Assembly (NCBI GenBank): GCA_965205015.1
Contig: OZ242029.1
Coordinates: 4,608,001-4,672,000 of the forward strand
Direction: 5' to 3'
Origin: Candidatus Poribacteria bacterium
GTDB lineage: Bacteria > Poribacteria > WGA-4E > WGA-3G
DNA: 64,000 nucleotides
In this document: positions 1-8,568 of the stretch, one piece after another
Layout: each line of letters opens with the position of its first letter
Numbering within the stretch: the stretch's first letter is position 1
Made by a program: the position numbers and the translations under genes
The notes under the pieces: generated by a model
Database searches by the model: none
Told to the model about the DNA's origin: nothing
Seen by the model: only the letters and a program-made list of their open reading frames with translations

Positions 1-255
1 AGAAACGCCAGGATCAATTTTTGCCTTGAAGTAAGTAATTAATTTTTCCTGAGTCTTCGGTTCGATTTCCCAATGTGGGTCCGTAAGCCCGCGGTGGTCA
101 AGCGTCCTGAGAAAGGTATCCCAAACATCTACAGTGTCCTGTTTCAAGGATTTACCAAAGTCCTTGTCCACATCAGAAAATCCTGGGTTCAGACCAATTG
201 CCGTTAAACAGAACACGATAAGTAAAAAAACAAAACGTACACCTACTTGCTTCAC
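1..255 (-). CDS. 5' part of a probable secreted protein running off the left edge (MKQVGVRFVFLLIVFCLTAIGLNPGFS...)
   Basis: Manual translation: GTG at 255 overlaps the Rieske stop (GTGA); frame is open to base 1; hydrophobic signal-like N-terminus. Not in the ORF track. Confidence 0.6.
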   Translation of the reverse strand, partial: MKQVGVRFVFLLIVFCLTAIGLNPGFSDVDKDFGKSLKQDTVDVWDTFLRTLDHRGLTDPHWEIEPKTQEKLITYFKAKIDPGVS

Positions 256-563
256 TGTTTCACCTCAATTTTGATCTCCTCATCTTCGACAACTACCGGA
301 TACGTCCTGATGCGGAGACGTGGGTCGGTTTGGCATTCACCCGTTTTTGTATCGTAGGCATAACCGTGGACTGGACATACAGCGATACCATTGCGGATTC
401 TGCCCCTACCGAGGGAACCCATTGCATGCGGGCAGGTATTGTCCACAGCACAGAATTCGCCACCCTCATTGAAAATGGCGACCCGCCTTCCGTTAACAGT
501 AAACGCTTTTCCGCGTCCTTCTCGGATGGCTGATGTTTTCGTAACCGTTGTATAATCTGACAT
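252..563 (-). CDS. Rieske [2Fe-2S] ferredoxin (NirD/dioxygenase ferredoxin-like)
   Basis: CPH...CPVHG Rieske ligand motifs, 103 aa. Confidence 0.9.
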   Translation of the reverse strand: MSDYTTVTKTSAIREGRGKAFTVNGRRVAIFNEGGEFCAVDNTCPHAMGSLGRGRIRNGIAVCPVHGYAYDTKTGECQTDPRLRIRTYPVVVEDEEIKIEVKQ

Positions 564-716
564 GTTTTAATTATACCTTGCGGATAAGTGGCCGTATTTA
601 GGAATTTAGCGGTTTCGGTGTTCGAGCCGCCCTCCATTTCATTACGGGCTACCGGTTTTGAATCTTTTTTAGGAGCCATCCCGTGCGACTATTAGCGTTA
701 TAAGCACGGCACTTCC

Positions 717-2516
717 CTATTCCTTGACACTTCCTAAAGTAATCCCCTGCACAAATTCACGCTGCATCGCTAAAAATAGAATAACGATTGGCATGAGCGA
801 TAGCAACGTTCCTGCCATCAACATGCCGTAATCTTGCCGATAGGTACCCACAAGATTCGCTAAGCCGATCGGTAGTGTATATTTCACCTCATCCCGTAAA
901 ATGATGAGGGGCCAGAGATACCCGTTCCATGAACCCAAGAACGAATAGATCGTCAACGCCCCAAGCGCAGGTTTGATAATAGGTAACACAATCCGGTAAT
1001 AGATACCGAACTCGGAACAGCCATCAATCCGTGCTGCATCGAGGAGTTCAGACGGAATCGTGACAATGAATTGACGCATCAGAAATACGCCGAACGCACC
1101 GACCGAAAATGGGATGATAATCGCTTTGTAACTATTGAGCCAGCCGATATCATACATCAACCCAAACAACGGAACGAGCAGGACCTGGAAAGGCACCATC
1201 ATGGAAGCGAGGAGGATACCGAACAGAATCTTTTGACCGCGGAATTGATACTTGGCAAACGCATATCCTCCGAGTGAGCAGAAAAACAGCGTGAGTAGCG
1301 TTGACGCGGTCGCAATGAAAACACTGTTGACAAAATACCGATTATACGGCACCGTCTTCCATAAATTCCGATAGTTTGACGTGAACTTATCCCACACAAT
1401 TGAGAGATACGCCGGTTGATGAATCGTTAATTGCAGGAACAATTGACTCCCATTTCCTGTTTCCGCTGTGGATTGGGCAGGCACGGGACCTGCTGATTGG
1501 GCAGGCACGGGACCCACAGGTTCGCCAGGTACAAGACCTGTAGATTGGGCAGGCACAAGACCTGCCCCTACTTTCTGCATGGTGATGTGTGATGATTCTA
1601 ACTCACCCGGGATGCCGTGCAGGCGCCAGACGGAATCTGTCCACAATGCACTGTCTAAAACGAAAGAACGCGTCGGTTGATATGTAACGCCCTCGTTCGG
1701 ACTGCTGGCATTCATTCCAGACTGCGGTACAGACACGGTTAAAGAGAGACGGTGATACGAGGCATCTCCACGCACGGGGAGAATGATGCGCCGAATCCGC
1801 TCAATTGGAATAGCGGAAGAAACCCTTGACGTTATACGCGCAGTGTTACTGCCTTGGAAATTGTAGGATAGACTCACATCCGTCTGGAGATCATCTGATG
1901 TGCGTATACGCGTGCCCGTTTCTACTTCCCAGTTCACACCTTCAATTGGTGTGCGATTGAAGTCGAGGTCTTCTATCTGGAGCGTTCCAACCGCAACTTC
2001 ACGATACACTGATCCCCAGATCGTATCAACTGCCTCAGGAATAACAGCGTCTCGCACCGCCGCGGTAACCGAATCCATTGTGCCGTTCCAGACTTCGTCT
2101 GGTAGCCCTGCGACCAGTTGCTGCCATAAACCCTGTATTATTTCAGTTTGTAATTCTTCGGATGGGACATGGTTAGAAAGCTTCGCACTTGCCGCGATAT
2201 GCGCTTGTGCCTCAGCCCCAATGATTTGTGTGAGTTGGGGCTGCAGGGTTTTCCACTCCGTTTCATCCACAGCCCTCGGTTTTTCAATCTCAGGATAGGC
2301 ATCTTTGACAATATATGGCGATGCTGCGACACGCGGAGGCAGATTCGGGAACCACTGAATAGGGACAGCGAAAATTTCGTTGGCAGTTTTAAATGAGGAG
2401 GTCAATAGCCACAGCATCGGTATCATGGTACAAAACGCTGCCCCTACTAAAAGGAGATAACCGATCCCTCTGAAAATTTTTATTTTAACGCGTTGGTTTC
2501 TTTTGCTGTGATTCAT
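717..2516 (-). CDS. Carbohydrate ABC transporter permease (MalG-like) with a large extracytoplasmic insertion
   Basis: N-terminal TM plus C-terminal EAA motif (ELLDAARIDG), SWNGYLWP and REFVQGIT; about 300 aa soluble insert. Confidence 0.9.
   Translation of the reverse strand: MNHSKRNQRVKIKIFRGIGYLLLVGAAFCTMIPMLWLLTSSFKTANEIFAVPIQWFPNLPPRVAASPYIVKDAYPEIEKPRAVDETEWKTLQPQLTQIIGAEAQAHIAASAKLSNHVPSEELQTEIIQGLWQQLVAGLPDEVWNGTMDSVTAAVRDAVIPEAVDTIWGSVYREVAVGTLQIEDLDFNRTPIEGVNWEVETGTRIRTSDDLQTDVSLSYNFQGSNTARITSRVSSAIPIERIRRIILPVRGDASYHRLSLTVSVPQSGMNASSPNEGVTYQPTRSFVLDSALWTDSVWRLHGIPGELESSHITMQKVGAGLVPAQSTGLVPGEPVGPVPAQSAGPVPAQSTAETGNGSQLFLQLTIHQPAYLSIVWDKFTSNYRNLWKTVPYNRYFVNSVFIATASTLLTLFFCSLGGYAFAKYQFRGQKILFGILLASMMVPFQVLLVPLFGLMYDIGWLNSYKAIIIPFSVGAFGVFLMRQFIVTIPSELLDAARIDGCSEFGIYYRIVLPIIKPALGALTIYSFLGSWNGYLWPLIILRDEVKYTLPIGLANLVGTYRQDYGMLMAGTLLSLMPIVILFLAMQREFVQGITLGSVKE
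1471..1571 (-). repeat. Four 24-bp tandem units derived from a GTAG-type REP palindrome, in frame inside the permease
   Basis: Units at 1471, 1495, 1519 and 1543; the last reads GTAGGGGCAGGTCTTGTGCCTGCCC on the minus strand; encodes AGLVPAQS/TGLVPGEP/VGPVPAQS/AGPVPAQS. Confidence 0.85.
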
Positions 2517-2560
2517 AAGTTTTTTCTACTAATCTGATTGAGATTATCCATGGAAGCTAA

Positions 2561-2923
2561 TCACTCACCCCATATTATTGCTTCAATTTTGTCGGAGACT
2601 GTATCCACCACTTCATCAGGTAAATAACATACATATTTAACCTCTCTTGCATGCCAATCAAGGCTCTTAACCTGATCTACTCGGATAACACCATCTACAG
2701 GAAGTCCATCCGGAATAGGAACTTCAAAAGCAATCCCTCTGACGGTACGGGTAATTGGGCAAACGACAGCAATATTCTGTCTGAGGTTAAAATTCCATGA
2801 GGATACAACAACGGCAGGACGACGCTTCCTGATTTCGCTGCCTTTTTGTGGATCTAAGTTAATCTCAACTACGTCACCTCGCACTGGAATGTAGTCGCTA
2901 TTATATAAGGTTGAACTTATCAT
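2561..2923 (-). CDS. mazF: PemK/MazF family toxin (endoribonuclease)
   Basis: RGDVVEINLDPQKGSEIRKRRPAVVVS...CPIT...DQVKSLD. Confidence 0.92.
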   Translation of the reverse strand: MISSTLYNSDYIPVRGDVVEINLDPQKGSEIRKRRPAVVVSSWNFNLRQNIAVVCPITRTVRGIAFEVPIPDGLPVDGVIRVDQVKSLDWHAREVKYVCYLPDEVVDTVSDKIEAIIWGE

Positions 2924-3294
2924 ATTTCATTGCCAACAGCCGGACCGGTATCCCACTCATTAGACTCGTCGGATCCATTATTTTCCGTTGTGTCAATCAG
3001 GAGCTCCTTTAATTTTAAGCGTGGATGTGTCGTAGAGCGTCCGACCTTTTCAACCCGATGTGGCTTAGGTTTTCCAGATTTAACAGTTTCATACTGCTCA
3101 GCACAACCTGATTCTTGAGCCAGTAAGTCGTTCAGTTTCAAGCGTGGATGTATCGTAGAGCGTCCGACCTTTTCAACCCGATGTGGCTTGCGCAGGGCAT
3201 CAGCCTTAGCAGGTACCCGATTTTCGTATTTAGTTTTGGGCGCGATAAGGAAATTAAGATACGCGACAAGGACCAAACATTCTTGAGATGACAT
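2920..3294 (-). CDS. Putative cognate antitoxin with a MazE-like C-terminus and an internal duplication
   Basis: ATGA overlap with mazF; tail LKELL...EWDTGPAVGNEI resembles MazE tails; 50-bp near-identical repeat at 3017-3066 and 3140-3189. Confidence 0.7.
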   Translation of the reverse strand: MSSQECLVLVAYLNFLIAPKTKYENRVPAKADALRKPHRVEKVGRSTIHPRLKLNDLLAQESGCAEQYETVKSGKPKPHRVEKVGRSTTHPRLKLKELLIDTTENNGSDESNEWDTGPAVGNEI

Positions 3295-3308
3295 TATTCC
3301 CTCCTTAA

Positions 3309-4181
3309 TTATAACCCGAATTCGGATAATTCGACTGTACGTGCGCGCTGGATATCGTCCTGGTATTTGAAGACACAGCCAAGCGTCTCAGCAACGACAT
3401 CCGCGTTCAGTTGCGCTTTACCAAGTGCCACAAGTGCCAATGCCCAATCCAAGGTCTCCGCAACACCCGGTTTCTTATAGTAATCCCCTTGCCGCCACAG
3501 CTGCATCATCCGACATAACTGCTGGGCGAGATGCTCATCAATCTGTGGTAATTTCGTTTGCACGATCGCTAACTCCTTCTCCACAGTCGGATAATCGATC
3601 CACTGGTAGAGACACCGGCGTTTAAGTGCTTCATGAACCTCTCGCGTCCGGTTTGAAGTCAGCACCACATAAGGAATATGTTTCGCTTGAATCGTACCGA
3701 TTTCCGGGATGGTAATCTGGAAGTCGGACAAGATCTCGAGGAGAAACGCCTCAAATTCACTGTCGCTCCGATCTACCTCGTCAATGAGTAAAACGGGCGG
3801 CACATCACCATCGCTTTGGATAGCCTCGAGCAACGGACGTTTCAGGAGAAACGCTTCGCTAAACAGATCCGTCCCGATGTCTTCCTTCTCTCGTCCGCGC
3901 GCTTCATCAATACGAAGTTGCAAAATTTGCCGTGTGTAGTTCCATTCATACAATGCGCTATTTGCATCCAAACCCTCATAGCACTGCAATCGGATGAGTT
4001 TCGCCCCTGTTGAATCTGCGAGCACCTTCGCGACTTCCGTCTTGCCGACCCCCGGTTCGCCTTCGAGAAAGATGGGTTTTTTGAGATGATGCGCGAGATA
4101 GAGGGTTGTCGCTAAACCTCGATCGGCGATATATGCATGTTTTTCACAGGCAACTTGAACGTTTTCGATAGACGTGAACAT
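3309..4181 (-). CDS. MoxR-family AAA+ ATPase (CoxD-like)
   Basis: Walker A GEPGVGKT, LQCYEGLD, Walker B LLIDEVDR, ALKRRC. Confidence 0.9.
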   Translation of the reverse strand: MFTSIENVQVACEKHAYIADRGLATTLYLAHHLKKPIFLEGEPGVGKTEVAKVLADSTGAKLIRLQCYEGLDANSALYEWNYTRQILQLRIDEARGREKEDIGTDLFSEAFLLKRPLLEAIQSDGDVPPVLLIDEVDRSDSEFEAFLLEILSDFQITIPEIGTIQAKHIPYVVLTSNRTREVHEALKRRCLYQWIDYPTVEKELAIVQTKLPQIDEHLAQQLCRMMQLWRQGDYYKKPGVAETLDWALALVALGKAQLNADVVAETLGCVFKYQDDIQRARTVELSEFGL

Positions 4182-4220
4182 ATTTTTAATGATTCCTTGC
4201 GGTGCGGTATGGAACTCAGA

Positions 4221-4892
4221 CTATTCAAACAATTGCCCTACGGGACAGGCAAACCCCGGCACGACATCCTCACCTGTCAACGTGGCTTCGTGCGTCAGGG
4301 TCTCAATATCGCTTTTAGAACGATACACCGTCACCGCTTTGGCGATGGGATCAAGGACCCAGACGAGGCGGGTCCCTGCCTCCAGATAGTCTAACGCCTT
4401 GCGGACGATCCGGTAGTGAACATCCGTCGGAGAGACGACTTCAATCGCCAAGTCAGGCGGTATCGGGAATTTTTCGTCTTCGTCGACATCCAGATGGGCG
4501 GTTGAAACGAACGCAACATCCGGCTTCATCACACGTTCTCCGACCTGAAATGCCGTTTCCGCTGTGTACAATTCTCCGAGTCCATTTTCGTAGACATACC
4601 GATCCAAATATCGAATGATGCTGATACTAATCTTACCGTGTCTTCTCGTCGCTGGAGGCATCGGTATTAATTCTCCTTTGGCGTATTCATATCCTGGAAC
4701 ATCGTTTTCAAGAAACTCCTCCAATGTCATCGTGGTAGGGATGGACTTCGGAACGCTTGGCGGTGATTTCAGGACTAATGTGCCTTTAACGTATTCGTAT
4801 CCCGGGACATCGTTCTCGAGAAAATCCTCTAATGTCATCGTGGTAGGGATGGATTCAGGGATTTCTGGTGTGTCTTTACGAGATTCTTTCAT
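4221..4892 (-). CDS. Uma2-family endonuclease with duplicated N-terminal segment
   Basis: KPDVAFV...PDLAIEVVSP...YLEAGTRLVWVLDP; SIPTTMTLE(D/E)FLENDVPGYEY occurs twice, 108 bp apart. Confidence 0.9.
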   Translation of the reverse strand: MKESRKDTPEIPESIPTTMTLEDFLENDVPGYEYVKGTLVLKSPPSVPKSIPTTMTLEEFLENDVPGYEYAKGELIPMPPATRRHGKISISIIRYLDRYVYENGLGELYTAETAFQVGERVMKPDVAFVSTAHLDVDEDEKFPIPPDLAIEVVSPTDVHYRIVRKALDYLEAGTRLVWVLDPIAKAVTVYRSKSDIETLTHEATLTGEDVVPGFACPVGQLFE

Positions 4893-4980
4893 GTTTTTTC
4901 CCCCGTATGTTTCTGGCAGATTTCAGAATTAATTGAACATTCTCAAAGGCTCCCTCATATTCATCAGCGTCCTTCGGATA

Positions 4981-5005
4981 GGCACAAACTAACAGTTTAT
5001 GCTAC
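4981..5005 (-). repeat. GTAG-type REP hairpin whose GTAG supplies the TAG stop of the upstream gene
   Basis: Minus strand GTAGCATAAACTGTTAGTTTGTGCC; TAG at 5002-5004. Confidence 0.65.
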
Positions 5006-5613
5006 AAATTATCTTCCTGTAGGGCGCGTTCATAATCTTCGCGATAATCTATATCGCGGAGGACTCGATCGGTATCGACTGTAACGTAATGAATATCATC
5101 GCCATACCTTTTGAACAGCGTCCGCACGCCGCCGCTCTCCGCTCCCAAGGCAAGAATATCGTCGGCATATCGCCGATGGAAGATGACTGGATGCCCCCGT
5201 TTATAATTATAACTCGGTAGGGCAATCCCCGCGTCCGTTCGGACGTAAGCATCAATGACCTCATCGATTAACACAGAGGTAATAAACGGCTGGTCGACCA
5301 GCATCAGTGCGAACGCGTCGCTCCCTTGCAATGCCCGAATCCCCGCCTGTGCGGAGGTCAGCATCCCCTCGTGATAGCCAGAGTTAAAAACGATTTTGAC
5401 GGGACGTTCCGACAGTTGCTCTTGAATCTGTTCTGCGCAATGTCCGACAATAACGATAACCTCATCAAACTTGGATTCAAGCATACTGTCCACCACGGTT
5501 TCAACAATAGTGCTCTTCCCGAAAGGGAGGAGTTGCTTCGGTTCACCCATCCGAGTGGAGAGTCCTGCGGCGAGGAGAATTCCGGAAATGAAGGTGGGAG
5601 TCGGATACGTCAT
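5002..5613 (-). CDS. MocA/MobA-like NTP transferase (molybdenum cofactor cytidylyltransferase family)
   Basis: ILLAAGLSTRMG.PKQLL, LVDQP, GHPVIF, DID. Confidence 0.88.
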   Translation of the reverse strand: MTYPTPTFISGILLAAGLSTRMGEPKQLLPFGKSTIVETVVDSMLESKFDEVIVIVGHCAEQIQEQLSERPVKIVFNSGYHEGMLTSAQAGIRALQGSDAFALMLVDQPFITSVLIDEVIDAYVRTDAGIALPSYNYKRGHPVIFHRRYADDILALGAESGGVRTLFKRYGDDIHYVTVDTDRVLRDIDYREDYERALQEDNL

Positions 5614-5616
5614 AAT

Positions 5617-6585
5617 CTAATACCGAATGCCGAAAGTCTTATATTCCCCAGTGAACGGACGTTCGTTAACTTCAATCGAATCCACCCTCGCATAACGCGG
5701 ACCCTTCTTTAGCAAAGCGACTAACGCCTCCAACTGCGACTTATCCCCCTCGGCGACGACTTCGACAGTGCCGTTGGGTAGATTCTTGGCATAGCCATTG
5801 ATACCGATCTGCTTCGCGTTCAGTTGTGTGAAATTGCGGAATCCGACGCCTTGCACCTTTCCAGTAATTATCACAAACAGTTGTACTTTCCGGTTGACCT
5901 CAATCGTGAGCATGACAGGTGTCCCAAGTTTTGGCAGTAACGCATCGTTCTTTTTATAGATATTCTCCTCAGAGGATTCAGGAAGCGGATTCTGAAAGAG
6001 CGCACTCGCATCAAAGCGTCTCAAGGCAACAAGGTCATTGCTCATAAACGCCTGCGGGATCATCGCATCCTCATCGTCGCTATCCAAATCTGGCACGATA
6101 CGTGATCCGGAATAGACCCAAGCGACATGTGGCATCGGCTTTTGCGTCTTCACATTGAAAATGAGTTCTTCGGCACGCACCTTCTTCGCTTCACCGCCAT
6201 CCCCCCATTCAACATAGATGAGAAACTCGGTTCCCTTTGGGGATGTCGGTTCATCTTTTTCTTCGTCATAGCCGGGAGGCATTCCTACCGCAACACCAAG
6301 TTTACCAAGCGCGTCATGAACTTCCTTCGCTGTCGCATCGACAACGACAATGCTCTCATACTCCTTGCCATTGCGACCACAAACGAGGTATTCAACCGCT
6401 CCCTTTAAATGTGAATCGTATTCACCAAGTGCTTCAGAAATTTTACCCTTTAAAACGAGCTTCTTCTCTTTCTCCTTGATTTGAAGATGTCCATCTGCCC
6501 ACGCAATATTCGACAGTCCGACAAGACACGCACCGATATAGACGATTACTCCCACCTGCCAAGCATAGGTTTTCACTTCCTTCAT
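5617..6585 (-). CDS. Signal peptide, YdjY-like domain and C-terminal acylphosphatase domain fusion
   Basis: C-terminal GKVQGVGFR...GYAKNLPNGTVEVVAEG is the acylphosphatase signature; N-terminal EYLVC...GKEYES resembles YdjY-like domains (from memory). Confidence 0.75.
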   Translation of the reverse strand: MKEVKTYAWQVGVIVYIGACLVGLSNIAWADGHLQIKEKEKKLVLKGKISEALGEYDSHLKGAVEYLVCGRNGKEYESIVVVDATAKEVHDALGKLGVAVGMPPGYDEEKDEPTSPKGTEFLIYVEWGDGGEAKKVRAEELIFNVKTQKPMPHVAWVYSGSRIVPDLDSDDEDAMIPQAFMSNDLVALRRFDASALFQNPLPESSEENIYKKNDALLPKLGTPVMLTIEVNRKVQLFVIITGKVQGVGFRNFTQLNAKQIGINGYAKNLPNGTVEVVAEGDKSQLEALVALLKKGPRYARVDSIEVNERPFTGEYKTFGIRY

Positions 6586-6644
6586 CAGATGACTCCTTTT
6601 TTAAGGGTTAAAGGTTTTTCGCAGAAAAACCGAACCGATAACTA

Positions 6645-7508
6645 TTAAAAAGTATACCGTAAACCGTTAAATATTTCCACATCATGTTTTTGGATACCGG
6701 TCGGGGGTTCGCTATCGTATCGGAAATTTACTCGGAGCGGAAAGGATAATTTTGTCGTCAGCCGGAATGTAATGCTGCCTTCAAAAAGGACGCGATAGTC
6801 TTGAAAACGTCGGACATAGACCTGATAGTATCCTGTCGCACTCGTCGTGATGCGTTCATCGAGTTGCCCCGTCCAATTGATATAATTCGTTGACCGAACG
6901 ACACGGGTCGTGATCGCGCCACGCGCCTTGTCATTAATGCGTTCGTGTTCCCACATCGCACCGATGCCGAGATAGAGATTAAATCTGGAATCACGCGGAT
7001 GCGAGGCGAACCGAACACCACCGCCTCCCAAATTCCGGTCGCTCAATAAAATAGATTCGTTGAATTGCTTCTGAACAAAGGATTCCAAAAGGAGGTGTTG
7101 CGTCAAATTTCGGATAATTCGAGCGTGTGCCATGCCTTTGTTGATAAAAAACACATTATCCTTTCTACCCTGCTGGAGACTCCCAAAAATAAAGGCGTGA
7201 TACACGTCTGTAAGATAATCCGATCGAAATCGAGTTCGAGTTGTCAGGAGATCTGTGTTACCGGAACGATAGGCTAAATCCAGAGCGATACTGTTATACA
7301 CACCGGATTCCAACTGCATTTGCTTCATGGTTTCACCCGTAAAGATGTTCACCTGTGCTATGAGTGGAGGACAGCAAGCGAGAAATAATATGAAACAGAC
7401 ACCGACAAGTCGATTGCTCTTATTCTGACTGGAATGATTCGAAGGAAAATACAATGGACAAAATCGCTCTGTGGTAGTAAAATCAGTAAAGAAAATGGTA
7501 AAATTCAC
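6645..7508 (-). CDS. DUF481/YdiY-like outer-membrane beta-barrel protein
   Basis: Signal-like segment, RSGNTD motif, alternating amphipathic strands, YDSEPP, terminal aromatic F (GLRYTF); start uncertain. Confidence 0.75.
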   Translation of the reverse strand: MNFTIFFTDFTTTERFCPLYFPSNHSSQNKSNRLVGVCFILFLACCPPLIAQVNIFTGETMKQMQLESGVYNSIALDLAYRSGNTDLLTTRTRFRSDYLTDVYHAFIFGSLQQGRKDNVFFINKGMAHARIIRNLTQHLLLESFVQKQFNESILLSDRNLGGGGVRFASHPRDSRFNLYLGIGAMWEHERINDKARGAITTRVVRSTNYINWTGQLDERITTSATGYYQVYVRRFQDYRVLFEGSITFRLTTKLSFPLRVNFRYDSEPPTGIQKHDVEIFNGLRYTF

Positions 7509-7541
7509 CTTCTAAAAATATATCAAAATAGGAAGACACAC

Positions 7542-8501
7542 ATGCAACGCATCCTTATAGATACGGATCCGGGGGTAGACGATGCCCTTGCGATTCTCCT
7601 CGCACTGCTTTCGCCCGAATTACAGATAGAGGCAATAACAACTGTCTGTGGAAACGTTCCTGTCACACAGGGGACAGAGAATCTGTTAAGAATTCTTGAG
7701 GTGCTCGATTTGGTGGAATTCCCACTGATTGCTCAAGGCGAATCACAACCGCTCGTCAAATCCCTCGTGACAGCGGCGCATGTCCACGGTGATGACGGTT
7801 TAGGGAATATTAGTCAACTACGAAATGCCGATGGGAGTCCGCTGTATCCACCCGCTGACACACATATCTCACCTACTTCAGGGGTTGATCTCATTCTTGA
7901 GATGGTAACACGTTATCCAGCGGAACTCACACTCGTCGCCCTCGGTCCGCTGACAAACGTCGCTAAGGCAATTCGCAAAGACCCAGCAAACATGCAACGA
8001 CTGCAGAAGATTGTTGTGATGGGCGGTGCGTTTGAAGACTACGGTAATGTCACAACGACCGCTGAATTTAACATATTCGTCGATCCACATGCAGCCCAGG
8101 AAGTCTTTCACGCCAATATCCCAATCGACATTGCACCGCTCGACGTAACCCATCAAGTTGTTTTAACCGGTGAACGCTTGCACGCTGAACTTGACAATCG
8201 ATCTGACAGAATTTCCCAATTCCTCAAGGATGCGACACACGTCTGTATGGAATTTTATCGTCAATACGTTGGGTTCTGGGGGTTTCATATCCACGACGCA
8301 CTCCCGATCGGTATGCTTACACACCCAGACTATTTTGAAAGTGTTGCGGCTTATGTGCAAGTGGAAACGGAAGGTGCTTTAACAAACGGCATGACAGTGT
8401 CCGATCTACGTCCTGAACGTCGATCTCCGCATCCAAATGCCCAAGTCTGCATTAAGGTAGCAGCGGAGGCGTTTCTGGATCATTTTTTTGAGCGGCTTTA
8501 G
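7542..8501 (+). CDS. Inosine-uridine preferring nucleoside hydrolase
   Basis: IDTDPGVDDA, HGDDGLG, LGPLTN, AEFN..VDP, HDAL; start reassigned to ATG 7542. Confidence 0.93.
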   Translation: MQRILIDTDPGVDDALAILLALLSPELQIEAITTVCGNVPVTQGTENLLRILEVLDLVEFPLIAQGESQPLVKSLVTAAHVHGDDGLGNISQLRNADGSPLYPPADTHISPTSGVDLILEMVTRYPAELTLVALGPLTNVAKAIRKDPANMQRLQKIVVMGGAFEDYGNVTTTAEFNIFVDPHAAQEVFHANIPIDIAPLDVTHQVVLTGERLHAELDNRSDRISQFLKDATHVCMEFYRQYVGFWGFHIHDALPIGMLTHPDYFESVAAYVQVETEGALTNGMTVSDLRPERRSPHPNAQVCIKVAAEAFLDHFFERL

Positions 8502-8511
8502 TTCCAAGGGC

Positions 8512-8536
8512 GGGCACCCACAAGGGATGCCCCTAC
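8512..8536 (-). repeat. GTAG-type REP palindrome between convergent genes
   Basis: Minus strand GTAGGGGCATCCCTTGTGGGTGCCC; close relative at 48718-48742. Confidence 0.8.
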
Positions 8537-8568
8537 AAGGCTGATTCTATCGGCTGGCAAAGTCTATG

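Noticed and set aside
293-679. 128-aa ORF overlapping the Rieske gene, and the many short antisense or alternate-frame ORFs in the track
   Set aside because: Shadow ORFs over well-supported genes, without recognisable motifs.
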